From the NCBI GenBank assembly GCA_002269645.1, contig NIVC01003964.1, positions 1-33,109 on the forward strand: a stretch of 33,109 nt of DNA. Reading direction: 5' to 3'. Positions within the stretch are counted from its first letter, which is position 1; the number at the start of each line of letters is the position of its first letter. Positions 1-9,900 of the stretch are shown one piece after another. The translations under genes and the position numbers were made by a program. The DNA comes from Macrostomum lignano (Eukaryota). The notes under the pieces were generated by a model. It saw only the letters and a list, made by a program, of their open reading frames with translations, was not told the origin of the DNA and ran no database searches.

Positions 1-65
1 ACACCACTAATCGGTTGTGCAACCTGCAGTCATATGTCAGCACCAAAAACTAAAAAAGTACACAA

Positions 66-126
66 AAATTCGAACTCCTGACCTGCAAGATCCCAGCCAA
101 CGCACGCAACCTGTAGACCACGCATG
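66..126 (-). mobile_element. Possible tRNA-derived SINE head (Pol III A and B boxes)
   Basis: The minus strand has TGGTCTACAGG (A-box-like) and GAGTTCGAAT (B-box-like) at tRNA-like spacing. The stems do not pair, so it is not a tRNA gene. Confidence 0.35.
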
Positions 127-946
127 GTCAGCTGCAGTGTTGAACAATGCGAGCATATTTATTCACCTATGTAACAGGCATCACGAACTTATCAGCCAGT
201 CGCCAAAACCTCTTTTGCCAAAGTCACATTCACCGAAACCTCTTGTTACCCTATCGCCTATAGCCGAGTCACGCTATTAAAAGCATATAAAATGTAGTTT
301 TCTCAGCAAGCAGCCTGTATTTGTTGTTAGAAAGGAAATAAAGATACTTTAAATTAGTTGACGATTTTGCAGGGGCCTACGGCATAGCCGCTTAACTTCG
401 ATAGAGTTGCTAGTTTCTGACTTCTTCCTTTGATAAGATATGATTGCGAAATTGTTTTTGACTAGGTTAGATAGTCCTAATGTCGTTGCTTTAACTTTAG
501 CCTTAACTTAGAATCAGATATTGCAGTAGCTTTGCTATGACTGGTAGTAATAATAAAACAAACATCAAATTGATATCAATTGCTAAATAAAAGTGTTTTT
601 TTCTTCATCAAGAGAATAGATCTAAATAAATTACGAGCATATGTTAAATTCTATACCAGCAACCAGTTGACAAACTAAAAATGTACTTGCGACAACAACG
701 CACGAATTTCAAAGAACACAAACAAGAATAATAAATTAAAAACTAAAAAAAGAAACAGTTCTAGCAAAGAAAAATACATACCAACGCTTTATTTCTTTTA
801 CGAACTAATTAGTTTAAATGTGTAGCGCTACAGGGACTAGTACATATGCTTTAAGGACACCATACTAGGCCTGTTAACTTGGCTTGTATATCGACTCTAT
901 AAGAAATAAGATTTTAATATTGCCTAAATCTGGCGCTCAATCGCAG

Positions 947-3900
947 ATTGCCCAGCGTCGATGGTATGCTGTACCCTTCGATGATCCCGCTATCGACATT
1001 GCGACATTCGGTAACAGCACTCGTCAAGTCTCAGGAGCGTTTACACTTCAGCAAAGAACGTCTGTCATTGTCGACATCTCGTCGAGAGGCTGTCGTCCCG
1101 CAACTCGGGTTCTAAGAGTAAGAAAAAGCAGCATTTCTGCCAACTGACACAATCATTGACTATAATATCACACTAACCTAAATTTTAGGTTTGCATAGCT
1201 GGAAACGTTGCTCAAGCATTTGTTCTGGTGCGATTCAACACAGACGTGATTCCCTACCTGATCCCTGACTCGGCTACGCTCACTGCAAAGGAAGGAGAAA
1301 TTCTGTGCATTGATGTAAACAGAGATGTCATCAGTGTTCAGGTAGAACCGCAGCTATTAAAGACGACAGCAAGTTCCTACTACTTCTTCTTATCGATCTA
1401 TGGCTGCTTCAGCAACTTAAACGCGTCCTGTCTTACAACGACTACGACGACATCAACAACGTCAACTACAACTACTCCCACAACCTCAACACACATCAAC
1501 CACAACAACACCAACGACATCGACTACAACAACACCGACGACATCGACCCCAACAACCACTACACCGACGACAACACCAACTTCAAGCACAACAAGCACA
1601 AAACATCAACAACAACAAAAGAACCAACAACAACCCCTACAACTCCTACAACAACCAGTACAGCTACAACCACGCCTTCAACTACTTCAACGACAACCAG
1701 CACAACGACAAGCACTACTCCGACGACACCGACAACAACTTCTACTACTACAACTACACCTACGACCTGTAAGAATTAGTAGTAATAGAAATCTAACCCT
1801 TTCGTTTCATTTTATTGTTTTTTGTTATAATCATCATTTGTCTGTAAAAATATGATTTTTAGACTGTCCTGTGGTCGACGGAATGACAAGCGCGCAGTTT
1901 ATACCAGATCAAGACATTTCTGGGGCATCTATTAATCGAGCAGGAGCATTCGTTGTTCAACCACTTGGTTCTATTGTGGTGGATATCTCTGCTCGCGGAT
2001 GTCGTGCGCCAATTCGAATTTTTAGCGTCTGTCTCGGTGGAAATGTGCAAACGACTCTGATTTCAGTACAGAACAATCTGGATTCTAGGCTTGTGCTTTT
2101 CCCTGCATCCGTTACGGGTGGAAACGGGCTGCTTTGTCTTCAAGTGAACAGAGACATCACCGGTTTGCAGCTGATGCCACAGACAATGACTCCTGGAACA
2201 GGATCAGATTTCACATTTTATATGAATATCTACGGCTGCTTCACTGCCTTAAATGCCAGCTGTCTCACTACTACGACTACAACAACCACCACCACAACAA
2301 CGACACCCACGACGACGTCAACGACAACGACACCCACGACGACGTCAACCACAACTACACCAACAACATCGACATCGACTACTCCTACTACCACTACAAC
2401 TCCAACGACGACGTCTACCACAGTCGCACCAACAACCTCCACTTCAACATCTACATCTACCACTTCAACCACTCCAACTTCGAGTACTACAAGCACAACT
2501 ACAACGCCTACTACAACTAGTAGCACTACCACAACACCGACGACTACTTCAACAACCACTACAACACCTACAACTACCAGCACAACTACAACTCCTACGA
2601 CAACGTCAACGACAACAACGTCTACAACTACTGTCAAGCCTACAATTTGTCCAGCACTCAATGGCCTTAGTGATAGAAAGTACATACCTGATTGGGCCAT
2701 TACCGGCGCCACTTATGTAACTGGTCGATACGAGATGCCAGTGAGTCCGAGACGAGATCTTATCATAGATTTGACTGCTGGAGGATGTAATCCTGTTCCT
2801 ACATACCTAACGAGAGTTTGTGTGACAGGAAATGTAAGGCAGGTAACGGTGTCTACCCAGACGACTTATCCGACCGGTCGGTTCGATCTTGTCTTGGAAT
2901 CCAATTTGGTATCTGTCTCGTCTTCGTTGACTCCTCTTTGCATAACTCTCGCGGGCAAACATATCTAGCATTGCAATCACGCCAGTCGCACTACTGAACA
3001 GCTCGTCGCTGGAAACGAATTATTTATTCTTCCTGAGCCTTGAGGGCTGTTTCGCGCCTCTAACTACAGCCTGTCAAACTCAACCTGTAACGACGTCGAC
3101 AACGACGACTTCTACAACGTCGACTACTTCATCCACAACAACAACTCCCACAACTACTAGCACAACGCCGACATCGACCACAACAGCAACTAGCACTACT
3201 ACAACCACTCCGTCGACAACAACATCCTGTTTGGTGAACGGACTCAACGGCGTCTTGATTCCTAGTTCTTCTATCAATGCTCCTAGTTATAATCCGTTAA
3301 CAGGATATAATGTACCCAGAGGCTCAGTGGAAGGCGTCTATGTGGACATTTCTGTATCCGGTTGCCGCACACCGATCCTAATTAATAGGGTATGTAACTT
3401 GTTCTTTTCTTGATATTTAAATAAAATAGCAATTTCAAATGCTAAAATCAGATGCGTTCCGTTTTAGATTTGTCTGTTCGGCGGTAATGTAAAACGAGCT
3501 GATCTTATCATCCGTCAAGGCTCCACCCTCTACTGGGACTTCTTCGAGCAGTCGCTGTACAATACAAGTGACACTGCTACACCGCTGTGCTACTACCCAA
3601 TGCTTCCCATTTCCGAGCTGAGAATTGTTCCGAAAGAGTTTAAAAGCGCAGCCTCAGGCGATTCGTTGTATCAGTTTTTCCTTTCCATCGAGGCCTGTTT
3701 CACTCCTCTGCCAGTATCGTGTACTACGACGACTACCTCAACGACAACTTCAACACCAACCACTTCGACGAGCACAACAACGACTGCGACTACACCGACG
3801 ACAACATCAACAGCGACAACTACACCCACCACGTCGACATCAACGACGAGCACGACGACGAGCACAACGACCACTGCTACTACAACTACGCCTTCATGTG

Positions 3901-6900
3901 CAGTTGATGGCTTGTCGGATGAGCGCTTTATTCCATCATTTGCAGTCAGTGGAGCCAATTACACTGCTTCAGGGTACATGATTCGAACTGGTGGTACCTA
4001 CACAATGACAGTGGACATCTCCGTGTTTGGCTGCCGCATGCCAATTACTGTTGAGAGCGTGAGTATTGAGCAGGAATTTCGTTACAACGTGACACTTTGC
4101 TAATACATTTCAGACATACCACTAGACAATACCCATTGTGTACCACACAACGGTTTTTGCAGATTTGTCTACTAGGAAACATTCAGAGTTCCTACATCCT
4201 GTATCAAACTACATACGGAGGACCATTCAGTCCGAATCTTCCGTCTGCAAGCCAGTCAGCTACTGGGGTTTCCGATCCGTTGTGCTTCACTCCGCCTACA
4301 GGAATGATGCTCACTGGTGTGCGCATCTCACCGCAACAGTTGAAGAGCGCTTTCAGCTCCGACACGGCATTTCGAGCTTACATCACAATCAAGGCTTGCT
4401 TCACACCTTTGAATAATACCTGCTTGACAACTCCGACAACAACGACCACTACTACAACAACTACAACACCCACAACAACCACAACAACTACACCGACAAC
4501 GTCGACCACTACCACTACAACTACTCTGACAAGTACAAGTACTACAACAGTGCCCACAACAAGTAAATAAGATCGTTACATGATTCTTTTAAGTGCTCAA
4601 TTGTCATTGAGAGCTGTATTCGAGAAGTAGTGTATTAATAACTTAATAAATAAGACATTTTCACGTTGTCATTACAGTTTGTCCCGTCGTTAATGGTTTA
4701 TCGAGTCCTGTGTACTTGCCGCAATTTACGATCACTGGTGCGACGTTTGACGGCGCTACTGGCTGGAACATTCCAGTTTCCAGCGGTGGATACATAGCGA
4801 TTGACCTCACAGCTCGTGGATGCCGGGGAGCCTTGACTGTTTATCAGGTACGTATATTACAGAGAAACGAAAGATGTGCCAAGCAAGGAGTACTATTGCT
4901 GACTGTTAAAAAGAGTAATGTTGTGTCTCGGCCTAATGGCCGCTGGACGGGTCATGGTTCGGGCCCTCCCGCCTGAGACACCCCGGTCCCAGCCCTCCCC
5001 TGGCTACTCCGACGACCGCCTCGCTCGGTTCGGCGAGAGTTCGCCGGACCGACCACCCTGGGATCAGCGAGTGTTCACCGGTCCCAGGTCCCTACAGATC
5101 CGGCCCCACGCGGCAACCCGAAAGAAGAAAGCACGCGCTCACCTCTTCTTGATGTATCGACTTATTAACAAGGCGTTAGAATTGGCGGAACGTTTATTGG
5201 CAAAAAGCAGTTATTGGCACGAAGCAGTTATTGGTACGCAAAGGGCAGAGGTACGCCGAAGAACGGAAAAATCAGAAAGAACGAAAAGCGTGGAGCGCAG
5301 CCCGCTCAGGGCTAGCCTTTACATAATATTTACACAGAAAAGGGGAGGGGTGGGCAGAATGGAGAGGGCGAGCCAAACCCTGGGGCCCAGCCGGCTTATC
5401 AGCCAGCCAGCCAATACGAGCAGCCCTAGGGTGAGGCGGGCAAAGAGGGAGGGGGTAGGGTCAGCAACCAGATTGGACAGAAGTTGGGCCGGGGGCTGGG
5501 TGCAGAAAGGGCTAGGCCAGGGTTGAGGCTTACGCCTCTCACAAACCCTGGCCCGGGCGCGAGACGGGGGACGGGGCGGGGCGGCATGAAAAAATGAAAA
5601 CAAGACAAAGTACACAAGCACTGGAAGGGCGCAGCCCAACAGTAATGAGAAAACGTCCTAAGACGTTTTGAACACCCTCGTAGTACTATTAAGCAATTAG
5701 TATAAAGTACTATTTAGTACTTTAACTCTTATAGTTTTTGTTCGACAGTTAGTGTTGAGAGCAAACCTAAACAGTTTATCACGTAAAACTATTTGAATAT
5801 TTTTTGTTTCTGAGTTTTGTTACGAATGATGTAGTAGTTTTACCAGCTAAGCAGTGTGCTTACTATAGACTACGAGAATTTTGTCTTCAGATACTCCGTT
5901 TAAAACGCTTGGAACATTTCAGGTTTGCTTGATAGGAGGAAATGTAAAAAGATCAAACGTGGTTTATCGAAGAACATATTCCGACTATCCGGTTATCTTC
6001 GCCGACTCAATAAACTATGAAACTAGTAGTTCTCAACTGTGCTACAATTTGAACATCGACATGGTCGAGCTCCAAGTCAAGCCTACTGCTCTTCAAGCTC
6101 CTGCAGTGAACTATCAGTTTTTCTTGACTATACAAGCTTGCTTCTTGCCGCTTAACGACACATGCCAAACAACACCAACAACCACAACCACAACGACTAC
6201 AGCCACTACTACTACCACAAGTACCACAACTCCCACTACAAGCACAACAACAAGCACAACAAAACCGACCACAACTTCAACAACTACAACGCCAACAACA
6301 ACTCCTACAACAACTCCAACAACCACAACGCCAACAACCACAACGCCAACTACTCTACCAACGTCATCTACAACTACAACAACGCCAACATCGACAAGCA
6401 CCTCTTCGACTTCCACTACAACAACTACACCTACCACTACTAGAACTACAACTACGCCCACCACGACTGTGACGACGACTCCAACAACTACAATAACAAC
6501 CCCGACTACTACTACTTGTAAGTTAAAACAACGTTTAAAAAGAAACATTTTAGTTTTTGTTCTCGAGTTTCTTTGGAAACCCAGCTTACAAAATGCGATT
6601 AATCATTTTTTAAAACTGACTACTTGATTTTCAGCATGCCTCGTTGATGCCTTCAGTCGTTCGGACTTGCTGCCATCATTCGCAGTCACTGGTGGCACAT
6701 ACAGAGAGCTTTTTGGATACATTCTTCCCCTCAAAGCCGCATTGAAAATCGATCTTACTGTCTTTGGCTGCCGACCCGCTGCTGTGATTTCAAGGGTAAA
6801 GTTTAGATGTTGTATTCCTGTTTTCGACATGGATATGCTTACTCGCTTAGTAACTACGCTCGTATATAACATTAATCTAACTAATCGTCAACGATCGTGA

Positions 6901-9900
6901 TTGCAGCTGTGCATCGCTGGAAACGTGTTCAATGCACAAATCTTGATCCGAGAGCCAACCAGCGACAAACTGGTACCCGACTTCAACACGCCAGGAAAGA
7001 CTTCTTCAACTGGAGATCCTCTGTGCTATGATCTTAATAGACTCACCTCTGAACTAGTGATTGTTCCTCAAGCTACAAAGCCTGGCTACAACTCAACCGA
7101 GTACCAGTTCTTCGTGTCTCTCATGGCCTGCATCAATCCTCTTAACTCCACGTGTCTGACCACGCCGACCACAACGACCAGCACCAGCACTACCAGCACG
7201 ACTACAACTACTACAACGCCGACCACGCCGACTACTGTTACAACAAGCACTACTACAACTACACCGACTACATCTACCACTACGACGACTCCAACGACCA
7301 GCACTACGACATCGACGACAACAAGAACTACTCTGACCACAACACTGGAAACCACAACGTCTTGCGCTATTGACGGCTTCTACCAGTCCAACTTGATTCC
7401 TTCATTCGCTGTAACTGGTGGAGAATACGACCCATTCTATGGCTACAGACTTCCTCTGAAGAACGGAAGCCTTGAGATTGATCTGACTGTAAACTCATGT
7501 CGGCCGCCAATAGTCGTTGATAGGGTACGCGTTTGTATGTCATTTATGACGTGTCTTGAACTATATTTTCCTCACATGTTTCCATACACTGGAATGTCCG
7601 CTTATTCTTTCAGATTTGTCTGATTGGTAACGTGCGAGAAGCCAACTTGCTGTTTGCAAGATTAAGCACTGAAAAGTACTCACCTGATTTGTCTGCTTCG
7701 AGCATCTCAGTTGACACTACGAGTCCGTGGTGCTACACAGTTCTCAACAAAGAGACTGTAGCTAAAATAGCAATTGTGCCTCTGCGACTCAAATCGTTCT
7801 CGACCGACAGTATGTTCAATTTCTTTGTTAGAGTCGATGCCTGCTTCACGCCTCTAACAAGCGCCTGCCTCACGACTCCAACGACTACCACCACAACTAC
7901 TACTCCAACGACAACTTCAACCACGACTTCAACAACAACGAGTACGACTACAACACCCACAACGACGACTCCAACAACCAGCACATCGACTACATCTCCA
8001 ACAACTTCGACCTCTACTACAACTTCAAGCACATTGACACCATCAACAAGTTCTACAACTACAACTACACCAACAACGACGAAAACTACTACACTGCCAA
8101 CATCTTCCACAACTACAACACCAATTGCTTCCACAACGGAGACAACAAAGTCAACTGCAACAACAACACCAACTACTTCAACAGCTTCCACCACATCGAC
8201 AACAATAAGTTCAACTACGACAGCAACTACTACACCAAAGCCAACATGTAAGTACTTTGGCTTAATTTCTTTTAAAACTTTTTGTTATCGTATACTGAAC
8301 TTGAATATTTCTCTTAGTTTGTCCTGCTGTCGATGCGATCGCTGATACATCGTTGCTGCCTTCCTGGGCCATCAGTGGAGCAACATTCTCTCCTGTATTG
8401 GGCTACACAATGTCTAGAGCACCCGGCGAAGGACTTTTCATCGATTTGACATCCAACAACTGCCGCAGACCAGAATACATCACACAGGTACAATTAGTCT
8501 CTGTAGCATTGATTTAATTGGTCATTAGAGTCGCGTCACGATTCAATCTGTAACCGAAAAATCCTTGCACTTTTTAGGTTTGCCTTATCGGCGGTAATGT
8601 AAAGAGAGCTGACCTCATCTACCAGACATCGGCATCTCAGTCATACCTGCCACTGGTTCAGTCCACAACTATTATTCAAGACGGTCCAGGACTTCTGTGC
8701 TACGACCTGAACTTCAACGTGAGCTCTATCATCATCGCACCGAAGGAACTGAAGTCTTCTGCAGCCACCGGATCTAGCACTTACAACTTCTTCCTGTCGG
8801 TGTATGGCTGCTTCATGCCGATTCCGGGATGCACTCCAACGACCAGCACGAGGACAAGCACTAGCGCAACCACGTCAAGCACGACGACCAGCAGTTCATC
8901 TACTGCCAAAACCCCCACGACCGTTACGACTGTGGGAACCACGTGTAAGTCAAATGCACTATCCTTTATGTAAAGACAAAATTGTTTGTTTATTCTGAAC
9001 GCTAACGGCTAAAAGCAAATTGTTTATTCAGTCTGTCCAATGGTAAACGCTCTGTCGAACTCATCGCTCCTGCCAATGGACTATATCACGGGGGCCACCA
9101 GCTTCAGTGATGCTACTGGCTTCAATATTCGCACCGGTACGGATGGATATTTGACTGTGGATCTTACCATTAATAACTGTCGTAGTGGAATTTATATTGA
9201 CAGGGTAAGCTTTTTTAGCTTTATTTCTCTAAGCAGTGCAGAGAACGCATCGGTCTTAAATGCTCTACCCTGCCATAATTCTAGTTGTGTCTCTCTGGAA
9301 ACGTTAGAGAGGCTACGATTCGATACAAGCAGTTCTATGCGGCACCTTTCCAAAATCTTGCTAGCTTGGTATCCTCAGACACTGCGGCGGATCTGTGCTT
9401 CGACATCGGCTTTCCAGTAGCTCAGTTCATAATTTTGCCGCGCACACTCAAGACGGCTTCAGCAACGAGCACGAATTTCCAAATGTACCTCATCATTAAC
9501 GGCTGCTTCACGACAGTTCCAGCAGTGTGTTTGACAACGACTACATCAATAACCACTACTACCACAACCACTCCGACTACTACCACAACCACTCCGACTA
9601 CTACCACAACCACTCCGACTACTACCACAACCACTCCGACTACTACCACAACCACTCCGACTACTACCACAACCACTCCGACTACTACCACAACCACTCC
9701 GACTACTACCACAACCACTCCGACTACTACCACAACCACTCCGACTACTACCACAACCACTCCGACTACTACTACAACCACTCCGACTACTACCACAACC
9801 ACTCCGACTACTACCACAACCACTCCGACTACTACCACAACCACTCCGACTACTACAACAACCACTCCGACTACAACCACAACCACTCCGACTACAACCA

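Noticed and set aside
66-126. tRNA gene
   Set aside because: A- and B-box-like motifs are present but the acceptor and anticodon stems do not pair; kept only as a possible SINE head.
1766-1779. Extra cysteine at linker ends (TTCKN, TTCKL, PTCKY, TTCKS in the ORF track)
   Set aside because: TGT arises from the last exon base plus the GT donor; after splicing the codon becomes Tyr, Ser or Phe.
4918-5639. 202-aa and 106-aa ORFs in the GC-rich intron segment
   Set aside because: They lie within the solo LTR delimited by TG..CA and a TSD, and have no recognisable motif.
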